DNA of 17,071 bases from Octopus sinensis (taxonomy: Eukaryota): positions 1 through 17,071 of the forward strand of contig NW_021824944.1 of NCBI RefSeq assembly GCF_006345805.1, read 5' to 3'. Of the stretch, positions 1 to 10,761 are shown one piece after another (position 1 is the stretch's first letter; every line of letters starts with the position of its first letter). The translations under genes and the position numbers were made by a program. The notes under the pieces are model-generated. The model made no database searches. It was not told the DNA's origin and saw only the letters and a program-made list of their open reading frames with translations.

Positions 1-25
1 CAGACAGATCATACAGTATTATTAC

Positions 26-167
26 CCAAATATTTTTGCTCGTTATATTCTGTCTACACATATGGCATCGTTTAGGTATCTTTGGGGGACAGCATTTCTT
101 ACACAGCGAAAGATGTTTACATGGAAAGAACGTCTCTGTGGCCACTTCGTCTTCACAAAACACACAT
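26..167 (-). CDS. Exon encoding C3HC4 RING finger (MIB/IAP-type, PCxH motif)
   Basis: Acceptor tttttgttcctcag|A, putative donor TGG|gtaata; 142 nt. After 1 nt it reads CVFCEDEVATETFFPCKHLSLCKKCCPPKIPKRCHMCRQNITSKNIW = C-x2-C-x11-C-x-H-x3-C-x2-C-x8-C-x2-C. Confidence 0.9.
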
Positions 168-599
168 CTGAGGAACAAAAACATGAACACATCCCATTAA
201 TAACATTCATTTATAACAAATATTACATGTGTGCGTATTTACAGTAGAGAATATTATGAGACACCACAATTAAGCAATTACATATGGGCGAATTTGTGGT
301 GTATATAAATGCAGACACACAAACACCACACACACACAAAAATTATCTACGTGTGTTGATTGCATCAAAGCCAGACTTGTTAGATTAAGCCTTTTACTGA
401 GGCATGTGCATACTGTTAGAGACTCTGATAACATTAGTGTGAAAACCAAATTGCTTCTCGAACCATCTTGTTTTAACACCCAATAGGCACCTGAAGTTAC
501 GTTTTATAATTACTTTGTCTCATGACTCAACACCAAATGGAAAACGTCCAAGAAACTAAACAAAACAATATATCCTTCACTATGAATCATGACAGGCTT

Positions 600-2392
600 A
601 AATCTGGATACAAATAATTGCTTTTTAAATGCCCATATTTTATGTATCAAGATGCACCATTTTGATTCTTTGATTACAGTTAAACCTATTCCTTACTGTG
701 CAATGGTGATTTAGTATGGCAAGCTGTATTTTGTTACACAAAGACATCAAATTGCTTCGGGTTGGTTGTGATGGTCTATGTCCGTTCAAGATTCGAACTG
801 TCGCAATATATACATTTTGCAACATATAAGCAACATTAACACTTCTGCTGGAGCTCTTCCTCATCTTCCAAACTACAACTAACACAAACACTTTTTCCAC
901 ATCCTTAGAAATGCATTCATGATAACAATCTCCAATCTTTTCATACATGTGGCTTCAATTACTGAAGGATTGACTGGGATGCCTTTCACTGTCCCCTAAA
1001 TACAACTTCTTTCGTTTTGTGTTGGATTCAAACTAGTCCCATGTAGTCATCTCTCCCACAAGAGATAACAAAACTTTGGATCTGCTATTGACCACTGCTT
1101 CTGAAATTATCAGCCACCCTACCAAGATACACTTAACTCGCTCTAATCATTCTCTAACCTTGTCAATATATTGTTAATGGAAAGAAAGAAAAAACAACCA
1201 ACATCTTCCAAACTTTTACTTGGTTTTACTGGAACAATGCTTACCAGAACTCCTGTTCTACTGAGTTGCAGTGTTCTGACTGACCTCACGTTTATGATTC
1301 TGGAGAGATCTCACAGCAAATATTTAATCCGATGTGAGTCATATGCAAAGCATCGGAGTGCCACATAAATATGTCCAAGTGCTCAAAAGCGGAATATGAC
1401 AGACCGTAGCAGCAGTCCACTTTGTGAGGAAAGATCAACAAACTGTTGAATGTGAATACGGATTACATAGAAATGAGAATTTTAAAATATACAACAGAGC
1501 ATCCAACAACACGAAAAAAGGTGATTAAAATGGCTGCATTTGATTCGGACCAACACAGAGGGAAAAACCTGGATAGATTCCGGAAGTTCATATATTGAAA
1601 ACCGGACACTTCAATCTCTTCAAAGTCAATCCCCAAGTCAGATTGTGAACCAACCGTTTAATGCAATGCTGGTATTTTTACCGTTGAAAATCTAAATGTA
1701 CGATCTTCACTGCTATGGAGACTAAATTCCATCACATCTTTTGAATTTATTCCTGCAACAACTCTTAAAGCATTTGTGCAATTATTATATTTCCTCTTGT
1801 TTTGATGGTATTATTTATCCCAAATTGGCATCCTCTTTCTACTACACACCAGGTTTTTTAGCCTATTCCAATTCAGCTTTACTAACTGTTACTCTGAATC
1901 AGAAGAACGTTGCTACTTTAATGCCCCTGTTTAAAAGGAGTGACCTTTCATCAAATGCTAATTACCGTCCAGTCAGTCTCACCATCAACTGCTAATTATC
2001 ATCCAGTCAGTCCTTAGTCAGAAAGAATTCCTGGAACATTTGAAACTCTCAAAACTTGATTCATCCCTCATAATTTGTATTTACCTTTAAATTTAGTTAC
2101 TTTGGGCAACACATGGAACCTCTTGAAGACCTCATCTAAATCAAAAATAGGGTCTCATGGGCAGATGTTATCTATCCCTAATTCAAACTTTTAATTCTAT
2201 ACCACACAAAAGAAATACGGTGAAGCTGTCTGCAATGGGCATGAGTTCTAATTTTGTCAGTTCCTTCATTCTCAGGTGAGAGGAAGTTGTTACAGAACTA
2301 AGATAACATTCTGCACCCTATACAATCACATCTGAAGATCTGCATGGAACTATTCTTGGTATCCTGTTACTTCTTATACATATAAAACTACA
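600..2392 (+). mobile_element. Heavily decayed LINE ORF2 remnant (APE endonuclease + reverse transcriptase; CR1/L2-like)
   Basis: Collinear motifs broken by stops and frameshifts: GFNY*RIDW (~950-980, cf. GDFNxPxIDW); SPTRDNKTLDLLLT...SNH (~1050-1150, APE C-terminus); KIYNRASNNTKKVIK...RFRKFIY (~1484-1595, linker); ATLMPLFKRSDLSSNANYRPVSLT (1909-1983); FNSIPHKRNTVKLSAMG (~2190-2240); GTILGILLLLIHIK (~2346-2387, cf. GSVLGPLLFLIYIN). Left boundary approximate. Confidence 0.88.
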
Positions 2393-2912
2393 TTGAAAAC
2401 CCCACAGAATCTGCTACACCTGACGCAATTTCATTGGTGTATTTAAAGGAATCATTGATCGACCAGTTTTTGACAAATTGTTCGCTCAAAATGTTCCTTC
2501 AAAACATGAAGCATGAAATAAACTGATATCCCTTGTTAGCTATCAGGACACTGCATTCTTCAAAACTTCCATATTTCCTGAAATTCCCTAACACTCTTTC
2601 CTGATGTACCTATGTCTTCTTTCTTTGATATAACTCTTTTACTGTTTCCCCCTTTCGGGTTGTTTTATTATATGTATCGTGCATCTACTTCTTCTAGCTT
2701 CCATTGCTGCCTGCCTTCTTTGACTAATTGCAGTTTTCTGTCCCCTATTTCGCCCCTTACAGTAACTTCAGCTGCGCTCTATAACATTATATTATTATTA
2801 AAACATTCACATAAACGATCATTTGTAAAAGTAGAGAAAATCTTCTGAGGCTTGTCAATTGAAAGAAACAATCTATATTTATGCAGACCAAAAATCATAT
2901 CATCTGAACAAT

Positions 2913-3334
2913 AGCGCAGGAGTAGATGTGGAAGTAGCTTGCTTACCAACCACATGGTTCTGGTTCAGTCCCACTGCATGGCACTTTGGGCAAGTGACTT
3001 CTACTATAGCTTTGGACTGACCAATGCTTTTGAGTGGATTGGTAGAGGGAGAACTGAAAGAAGCCCGTCGCATATATATATATATATATAATATTATAAT
3101 ATATATATATATATGTATGTGTGTTGTGTTTGGTGTTTGTGTGTATATTTGTCTGTCTGTGTTTGTCCCTCCACCATCGCTTCACACACCAATGTTGGTG
3201 TGTTTACGTTCCCGTAATCTAGCGTTTCGGCAAATAAGTACTAGGCTTACAAGAATAAGATCTGGGGTCGAATTGTTTGACTAAGGCAGTGCTCCAGCAT
3301 GGCCGCAGTCAAATGACTGAAACAAGTACAAGAG
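2913..3334 (+). mobile_element. tRNA-derived SINE (octopus-type) with internal (TA)n/(TG)n tract
   Basis: B-box-like GGTTCAGTCCC at 2962-2972. Head, body and the 3' tail ctccagcatggccgcagtcaaatgactgaaacaag are shared with copies at 8943-9303, 11103-11597, 11671-11870 and 16132-16176. Confidence 0.88.
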
Positions 3335-4033
3335 TAATATTTGAATTTCAACAGACAAAGAAAGTTTTGTAAATTCACTGAGGGGGAAATGTGTCTGCTT
3401 CTTAAGTAGCAAATACAGAGAGATGTATGGCAAAGAAATTGCCAAACCTTATAAAATACGGGTGAAAGACGACTAAAACACTAGTAATGGTATATGTGTT
3501 ACTTGAATTATTTACGTTTCCTGGCAGCTTTTTTTTCTATGAAGATATGTGGCAATATTCCATCAATATTTGCAGAAATATAATATATACACTGTTGGTG
3601 TGTTGTTTGTAGGTTATTTTTCTATGAAATCATTCTAATATTGACTGATTCGGACATAGAGAGTGAGAAAAAGATGTTGGTAGACAGATAAATTCCACTT
3701 AATTCTAAGTAACAGTTTCAAAATGGAATTCATTCACTTCATTATTTAGATCTATATTTTCCTATTGATCACAAATCTTTAAAATAGGGAACGAAGAGGG
3801 TAGTGGTGATGGACAGTGAAGTATAACTGGCAACACTACGAATCATGTGAATATCAAAATCATTTTCTTTCTTTGATCTCCTGACAACTGCATATTGTTT
3901 ATTGTGTGGCCTTTGTCAAAAACACTAGCGACAGTATAATGTATTGGTAGAATTAAAACGAAATACATATAAATATGATTATATACAAAATAGAATGTAC
4001 CGGTTTAACTGTTCATTGCCAGGAAATACTTAC

Positions 4034-4208
4034 TGTGGTGGTAAACATGCTCTAATTTTTTTCTCAAATTTGGGTCCTTAATGAGGTCCAATGGTGTGTT
4101 ATTGTTGTTGTTTTTATGGTGAAAGTCCTCTCCCTGACTGGCGAGATATCTCGCAACCACTACACCAGAGAGCATTTCCTTCTTTTTCAGGTTAAGGGCA
4201 GTGCAGCA
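4034..4208 (-). CDS. Exon: last degenerate ankyrin repeat/linker before the RING; 1 nt short of the phase the RING exon needs
   Basis: Acceptor catcatttgtag|TGC (phase 0, matches the previous exon), donor ACA|gtaagt; 175 nt. Reads CCTALNLKKKEMLSGVVVARYLASQGEDFHHKNNNNNTPLDLIKDPNLRKKLEHVYHH+A. Confidence 0.85.
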
Positions 4209-4764
4209 CTACAAATGATGAAATATAAAATGATGACAATATTACATAAATTTCAAAACAAATGCCCCTAATTACACAAAAGTTCATCTAAATTTACTCA
4301 TAGGTTGTTTATCCACCAATTAAAGCAATTACAAAGTATTGAGTTCCTACATAATCTTTATTGAGTCCATTTCCCATTTTCATGTTTTTTACTTTATTTT
4401 CAACACTGAGACACCCTCTAAATATATTGTCATTACATTGAGCAGGACACCGTATTGATTAACATCAAGCTTATTGTTAATTAATGAGTAAATATTTACT
4501 TGTCAATCACAAATATCACAATATATTCAATAGAAAAATCAAATATAGGAGAACAAACCAACAAGAACCTATCTATATAATTGGCTTGATAAGGCGAGCA
4601 TGTGGCCATAAGAAAGAGTATTGTATATATAAATATAACACAACATGAGAAGAAAGAACATAAGTTATATCAGAAACAAAACACCTATAACATAACAAAG
4701 TCAATACCACACAGACATGACCAAACATATCAATAATGTTTCCATAATTAAGCAAGAAGCATCT

Positions 4765-5008
4765 TTGAATGATGACGGTAAAGTAAGGAAGCAGGAATTA
4801 GTGTCAAGTCAGAAGTAATGGAGGAGTATTTTTAATCACGGACAAGTGAATTTTGGAAGAGGCGACTTGCAAGTCTACCAGATAGATGGAAGAGCATTGT
4901 AGACAATGAAGGAGAATATGTTTTAGATTAACAAAAAAAGTACTTTGTTTATCTTAATTTTGAAAAATATAAGACTTATAAAAACTGCTTCATTTATGAG
5001 ATGACAGC
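4765..5008 (+). mobile_element. Mariner (Tc1/mariner) transposase C-terminus and 3' terminal remnant
   Basis: 4803-4931 reads VKSEVMEEYF*SRTSEFWKRRLASLPDRWKSIVDNEGEYVLD*, resembling the mariner C-terminal LPxRWxKxIDxxGxY motif. A TIR-like stretch (ttatgagatgac, 4994-5005) follows. Confidence 0.8.
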
Positions 5009-5122
5009 AAAAAGTCCAAAGTATTGACGTCCATACTGTTGATGACATCAGATAGCCGAATACAGTGAACGGGCTTTAAACAGCATTTTACAAGATATAT
5101 ACTCAAACTCAAAATCATTACT

Positions 5123-5204
5123 TGTGTGTGTTTGTCTGTGTGAGTGTGTGTGTGTGTGTGTGCGTGTGCGTGTGTGTGTGTGTGTGTGGTGTGTTGTGTG
5201 TGTG
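5123..5204. repeat. Imperfect (GT)n microsatellite
   Basis: Directly visible. Confidence 0.95.
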
Positions 5205-5690
5205 CCTAAGTACAGAATTAAATACTGGAAACTCACTAAGGACCATGCTTTATTGTATTCATTCTCTAGTGTCTTAACATTGAACAATGTTATGACATGT
5301 CCACAAGAAGTCAGTGGATTCATGTCGTGTACAAGAAGTAGGATAGAGAGCAGTTTCACTCAGAATTTTCATAGATGGACTGGATGTATTTACCATGGCA
5401 CCAGCACTATAAGCTCAGACATCTCTTCTATCCTGCATCATTGTTAATTGAGAATAATATCTCCTCTATTAAATAGGCCACTTCTCCGTCACATTGTGAT
5501 GGCTGTGTTTATATGGCCAACAACCGAGATGGGTCACCTCTCGACCGTGGTGAGACGACCTTTGGAGTGAAAGGAGATGGAATATTGTTTGTTACATAAT
5601 ATCACTCGGTCATAAGGGGAGACTGGGTCACGGAATGGTAATGGAGGATGGGGTTGATAGGGGAGAATTGATACATGACAACCAAGCTTG

Positions 5691-5812
5691 TCTGTCTGTC
5701 TGTCTCTGTCTCACACTCACACAAAGCTCACAAATGCACAAAATCACACAGACACAGACACACACAGACACACACAGACACACACACACAGACACACACC
5801 AGTATATACACA
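5691..5812. repeat. (TCTG)n / (CA)n-(CAGA)n compound microsatellite
   Basis: Directly visible; abuts the donor of exon 6040-5831. Confidence 0.9.
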
Positions 5813-5830
5813 AACAATTTAAAAACTTAC

Positions 5831-6040
5831 TTCGTTTAGTAAATCCAAGGGTGCACCCTCGGAATTAAACTTTTCTGTTGCTATGGCTAGGTGCAAACAG
5901 CTGTTACCTTCACCATCAACAGCATTTATGCTTGCACCCAGGGCTATTAACAGGTGTGTAATTCCCAGGTGACCCCGGGAAACGGCTTCAAGCAATGGTG
6001 TCATTCTCTGATGGTTCGGAATATCGAACTGAACTGAACC
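5831..6040 (-). CDS. Exon encoding about two ankyrin repeats
   Basis: Acceptor ttttcattttctatttttacctccacaaag|GGT, donor GAA|gtaagt; 210 nt, phase 0-0. Reads GSVQFDIPNHQRMTPLLEAVSRGHLGITHLLIALGASINAVDGEGNSCLHLAIATEKFNSEGAPLDLLNE. Confidence 0.93.
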
Positions 6041-6471
6041 CTTTGTGGAGGTAAAAATAGAAAATGAAAATTTACATGAAAATCAGGATGGATATCAATG
6101 TGTCATTATTGTCTTCTACTGTATACTTGATCAAACTGATCATGTACATTTGATGTTTGTCCGTAAAATCAACCTTCGTAAGATCCTCTAGATGTTGCTA
6201 TGAGAATGTGTTCTAGACAGGATAAAGATGTCCTAAATAGATTCTTTCAGCTTAATCACCTTTTTCCTAACTTTAGTAAGTTTTTGGGGAGCTGAACACG
6301 ATTGAACACATGATTAACGATCAAGACTAGTAAGAAGAATTTAAATTTCTAAAGTATACTTTTGATGTTGCTATAATTAATAAGAGGTTCATAAAACTTT
6401 TGAGGTGGTTAGTGTCCACCACCATGAAATTAATGCGTGTGCACACCACACATACACCAGAGACACACTCA

Positions 6472-6502
<31 letters not shown>

Positions 6503-6603
6503 AATATATATATATTATAGATATATATAGGATATATATATATATATATAGGGAGAGAAGAGAGAGATTTATATACATTACTGTTGGATATATAAATATA
6601 TAT
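6472..6603. repeat. (TA)n-rich microsatellite
   Basis: Directly visible. Confidence 0.9.
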
Positions 6604-6662
6604 GTTGAATGAGGAATATGTAAAATGAAGTTCACGAGAACTTTATCCATCACAACCATTGG

Positions 6663-6918
6663 TTGACCCGTGTTGCATCGATTCTTGCGGGTGGAGAGTT
6701 CTCGGTATCGCTTGGTATGTTGTTGTTGTCAGTAGGTTCTTGGATTATAGCATTATAGCCAACAACCTCCTGCAATATCATGCCAAGCGAAACCGAGAAT
6801 ATTTAGTGAGGTTTCTTCTGTAAAACAAGACCCAGATGAGATGCATCTGCACCGGAGGATGCAAACACATCCAATTGTACAGTATCCACCCACAAGGGTC
6901 CGATGCAAAATGGGTCAA
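6663..6918. mobile_element. Fold-back / MITE-like element with nested inverted repeats
   Basis: Outer arms 6663-6695 vs reverse complement of 6885-6918 match at 28/34 columns. Inner arms 6699-6718 vs reverse complement of 6780-6799 match at 18/20, with weaker pairing continuing toward a loop near 6745-6758. No clear TSD. Confidence 0.6.
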
Positions 6919-7020
6919 TACTCCATTTCCCAATCCCTCATTTGTACTAAAAACCCTGTGAAATTTCTGAGGTAGACTAAGTGACATTATATATCACTAC
7001 GTGTGGTGTGTGTGTGCGCA

Positions 7021-7115
7021 GACATACATTCATACATACATACATACATACATACATACATACATACATACATACAACACACACACACATAATACACACT
7101 ACATACATACATACA
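7021..7115. repeat. (CATA)n tetranucleotide microsatellite
   Basis: Directly visible. Confidence 0.95.
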
Positions 7116-7279
7116 TAGAGAAACTGTGCATATTTAGCTGTCCAGCGGATGTTGACGTAAGTGAAAAATAGAATATCTGGAAATAAACTGAATAACTGAC
7201 ATATCTATGTATATATATGTTTTGATTGTAGAAAAGATAAATCCGGAGAAGAAGCCACACTCTAAGATGTAGAGCAGCG

Positions 7280-7763
7280 TATATTTTAAAACTGGGGAAG
7301 GCCGGTTCCGGCATTACCCTTGTTTTCCGGTCCAAAAGGATTTAGCTTGCCTAGGACCTCTTCCAAATATGGAGGGTGGAAAAGCCCTTCACCTCATACA
7401 CCTAATCACGTCCAATAGCTTTTCCAGCTGCATACGGGTGTATAGTTCGTTGGATGACGTTGGGATGTTATTGCTGGGTGTCCGAGGTCAAATTCTTTCA
7501 TATTTATGGAGACCCGTGGTTTCAGTGAATATGTAGAAACGCTTCAATGGTGAGCTATTTAACAGAAACCACATGGTCACTGGGATAATCTCTTGCCAGG
7601 GAGCTGAAAGGATCGTTTGCAGAACACGTAAATCCCAGGCTTTTCCCCATCCATATTTTGAAGAGGTCTTAGGCTAACAGGGTCTTACGAAACCGTACAA
7701 GCTAAAACCTTTATGAATGGGAAACCCAGAGTAATCCCATAAACCACCCCCAATTTTAATATA
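7280..7763. mobile_element. MITE-like element with long diverged terminal inverted repeats, TA-flanked
   Basis: 7349-7386 vs reverse complement of 7638-7674 match at 34/38 columns. Similarity extends outward (tatattttaaaactgggg...aaaggatttagcttg vs tatattaaaattgggg...aaaggttttagcttg) to about 7280 and 7763, both ends in TATA context. Confidence 0.7.
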
Positions 7764-8149
7764 CATACATATATATGTATAAGTATATATATATAAGTAT
7801 ATATGCATGTAATGTATTATGACTGATTCCTTTTTGATATCTTACTAAATCTCCTTCTCTCTTCCATAAAAAACTGTTTTGTAAATTATTGTCTTCCATA
7901 CATTAATATTTTGAAACAAAATTCTGTTCTTGTATATTATATGCATTGAGAATGGATGTAAACATATCTTCTATGAACTGAGTGCTTGTTATTTTATACC
8001 TGTTTTTACTTGTAAATTGTACGATGGGCACTGGTATGATTTATAACCTATACACTAATGCAGACATGTAAAGAATTTATCATCCACAAAAATTTCTGTG
8101 AAACGAATGTAACTGGTGACAGAAATATATTCATTTTATAATTTCTTAC

Positions 8150-8382
8150 TTTATATGTATATATACGTGTGTGTGTATAAATATATACATATTCCTACGC
8201 ATACACACACACACACCCATATATATATATCTGCATATATATATATATATGTGTATGTATGTATATATCAATACATATATATACGCACAGACACACACAG
8301 ACATCTTTGTGTGTGTATGTATGTATATATATAGAGTATTCATCTTGTATGTTGTGCGTATACGCTTGTGTGTGTGGTGTGT
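8150..8382. repeat. Compound (TA)n/(CA)n/(TG)n microsatellite
   Basis: Directly visible; source of several spurious ORFs. Confidence 0.9.
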
Positions 8383-8618
8383 GAGTGTCTTTTAGTCTTG
8401 ACATCTGTGTGATTGATAGTTGTAAATGAGTGCCACGGTCATATAAGCAGTGTCTCTTTTTCCACATTTCCACCTGCAGGACATGTTTAGTTTCTTGGCA
8501 AATGTTAGCTTCCTTGAAAAGAAGAGGAGAAGGTTGGCGATAGGAGAGCATCCAGCTGCGGAAAATCTCCCCAGAAAATCTATCTGAGCCAAGCAAGTAT
8601 GACGATTTTGATGATCTG
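8383..8618 (+). mobile_element. 3' half of a second octopus-type SINE (RTE-like tail ending in a (GAT)n remnant)
   Basis: gtcttgacatc...gatagttgtaaatgagtgccac...ggttggcgataggagagcatccagctgcggaaaatc...gatgat resembles, from recall, an abundant octopus SINE tail. It follows a (TG)n tract as other SINE bodies here do. Not verified by search. Confidence 0.55.
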
Positions 8619-8619
8619 T

Positions 8620-8925
8620 ATATATATACATATATATATAATCTATATATATATATATATTACTAATATATATATATATTTATATATATATATACATACA
8701 TACATATGTATATATATATATATATATATACATATGTATGTATGTTAATATATATAAAATATATAGTTCGATTGATAGATAGATAGACAGATAGACAAGA
8801 GAGAGCTAGAGAGACAGACAGACAGGCAGACAGCTAGACAGACAGGCAGACAGCCAGACAGCCAGACAGAGAGACAGACAGACAGATAGATAGATAGATA
8901 GATAGAAAGAAAGAAATAGCTAGAC
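8620..8925. repeat. (TA)n followed by (GATA)n/(GACA)n compound microsatellite
   Basis: Directly visible. Confidence 0.92.
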
Positions 8926-8942
8926 ACACACATCCATATATA

Positions 8943-9303
8943 CATGGTTGTAGTGTAAGAAGCTTTTTTCCCCAACAATACACTCTTCCACGTGAATCCC
9001 TCTACATGGAAACTCAGGCAAGTATATTCTACCCTTACCTAGGGCTGAACAAAATCTTGTTAGATGGATTTGGTAAATGAAAACTGAAAGAAGCTTCATA
9101 ACAGGAGTGTGTCTATGTGTGTGCCTATGATGTGTGTGTGTGTGAGTTAGTGTTTGCATTTGTGGTGTGTTGTGTAGCGGTTCGGAAAAGAGGTGAGAGG
9201 ATAAGTGATATGCTTAAAATAAAAAAAAGTACTGGGATCGATGTATTTGGCCTAAAAATTCGATGATGCCCCAGCATGGCCGCAGGCAAATGTCTAAAAC
9301 AAT
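8943..9303 (+). mobile_element. Diverged copy of the tRNA-derived SINE
   Basis: Recognisable blocks: gtaagaagctt...cccaac, ggatttggtaaatgaaaactgaaagaagc, tagcggttcggaaaagag, and tail ccccagcatggccgcaggcaaatg. Confidence 0.78.
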
Positions 9304-9605
9304 TCATTATATTATATATATAAATATACATGATGTCTATTATATTGGTTCATCTCATAATGACCTTGTTTCATTTAAGATATTATTTAAAGATATTATT
9401 ATCAATGATGGTGGTCAGTTGGACTGTCAACACCGCTAATATCAACATCAACATGATCAATATACATTCCTCCACAAACACAAGGCTTTTGTAGTACATG
9501 TGATTAAATCCACCCCATTATTTTACTGGTACATTGGTAATATTTATTTATACAGATCAATAAAATGCTGGAGAGTGTATATATAATATATATTTATTAA
9601 CTAAC

Positions 9606-9642
9606 CTGCTTCAGCATCGCACACACCACTTTATATTTTCGC
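9606..9642 (-). CDS. 37-nt micro-exon completing an ankyrin repeat
   Basis: Acceptor tactttcag|G, donor CAG|gttagt; phase 2 to 0. It exactly bridges AA| of exon 10761-10607 and |GGT of exon 6040-5831, giving (K)RKYKVVCAMLKQ and restoring roughly 33-34 aa ankyrin spacing. Confidence 0.9.
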
Positions 9643-9939
9643 CTGAAAGTAATGGATAAGTAAAGAAAAACATGAAAAGAACAAACATCACACAGCTTGA
9701 GATAATAGTTATTAGGTCATTAAAGAAAACAAATGTAATTAGGTCACAATAACTTAATTACAGCAATTATTACACACATACTCACACATATATTTATTCA
9801 ATACACACTCTACACAATAGAACAATGATATATACACACCTGAGTAAACCCAGAAATGTAAAGACAGGAAAAATACTGCTGAAGAATTCTCACAGCTCAT
9901 TAAACATGAAATTTAGGAAGGAAAGAAGGGCTACAGTAA

Positions 9940-10045
9940 TCCTATGAACCAAAGTACATGACTGGTATTGTATTTTATCAACCTTGCAAAGATGGAAGAA
10001 GTTGACCTTGGCAGGATTTGAACTCTGAACGTAAAGAGTCGTAAA
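9940..10045 (-). mobile_element. Fragment of another tRNA-derived SINE (possibly Meta-domain type)
   Basis: B-box GTTCAAATCC on the minus strand at 10014-10023, next to actggtattgtattttatcaaccttgcaaagatggaagaagttgaccttggc. Family assignment is from recall. Confidence 0.6.
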
Positions 10046-10129
10046 TAAAATAACACAATTTATTTTCTTCAAAAGTAATAAGAAACAAGAACAGGAGAAA
10101 AGAAGGAAGACAGTTTATTAAAGGAACCC

Positions 10130-10210
10130 CTGGGTATTACTGGTACAGATTATATTGACCCCAGAGTGATAGTAAATATTCTGGTAGGATTTGAACATGG
10201 AACATAAAAG
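10130..10210 (-). mobile_element. Second, more decayed fragment of the same SINE type
   Basis: ctggtac...attgacccc...ggatttgaac (10187-10196) parallels 9940-10045. Confidence 0.5.
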
Positions 10211-10606
10211 AGACAAATTTAAATACTGTAAGGGGATGATTCTGTATTTAGCCCAGGGTCGGAGTAAATAGGGAAACTACAAAGGAGAGAGAGTGAGGAA
10301 GAAAGAGAGAAAGAGAAAGTAGTTATAGATGGGATGAAAAGAAGAAGAGAGAGGATTTGAACCTGTGACGTTGAGGAAATGGAGAACGAGTTGAAGCAAA
10401 GTGCCCAGTCAGGCAACAACAATAACAATTGTGGTGATGATTAATTAATGAAGTAGATTACAGTGTTATTTCAGTGCGAAAGAGAGAAGAAAGACAATGA
10501 CCCCATGGTGGGATTATGACATGAATGACTGAATGAAAAAGAAACAAACATTATTGAAAACATAAAAGAAACAGATTTGGATATTCCAGATCCAATGGGG
10601 ACTTAC

Positions 10607-10761
10607 TTCCGAACTGCCTTATGCAGTGGTGTGTCACCTTTGTTGTTCACAACATTGGCATCGATGCCATTGTGACCCAACAACAGCTCGACAGTGTGCA
10701 AGTGTCCCCGCGAACAGGCCACGTGCAGCGGTGTACGACCATCTTCATCTCGAGGATTAAC
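10607..10761 (-). CDS. Exon encoding about 1.5 ankyrin repeats
   Basis: Acceptor ttcttttcttctatcag|GTT, donor AA|gtaagt; 155 nt, phase 0 to 2. Reads VNPRDEDGRTPLHVACSRGHLHTVELLLGHNGIDANVVNNKGDTPLHKAVR(K). Confidence 0.95.

Noticed and set aside
62-247. 61-aa + strand ORF
   Set aside because: Antisense shadow of the RING exon and its acceptor region.
2400-2778. Purine-rich exon-like stretch on the minus strand (SAAEVTVRGEIGDRKLQLVKEGRQQWKLEEVDARYI**...)
   Set aside because: Stops in all frames, no recognisable domain, and it does not fix the phase mismatch before the RING exon.
5300-5690. Stop-interrupted minus-strand frame with faint PDZ-like RRSGLFNRGDIIL text
   Set aside because: Too short and interrupted to support; likely chance or an unidentified decayed repeat.
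8474-8512. Possible 39-nt phase 0-0 cassette exon (EANICQETKHVLQ) on the minus strand
   Set aside because: Weak donor (gtggaa), lies within an antisense SINE fragment, and would break the ankyrin spacing already satisfied by the 9606>6040 junction.
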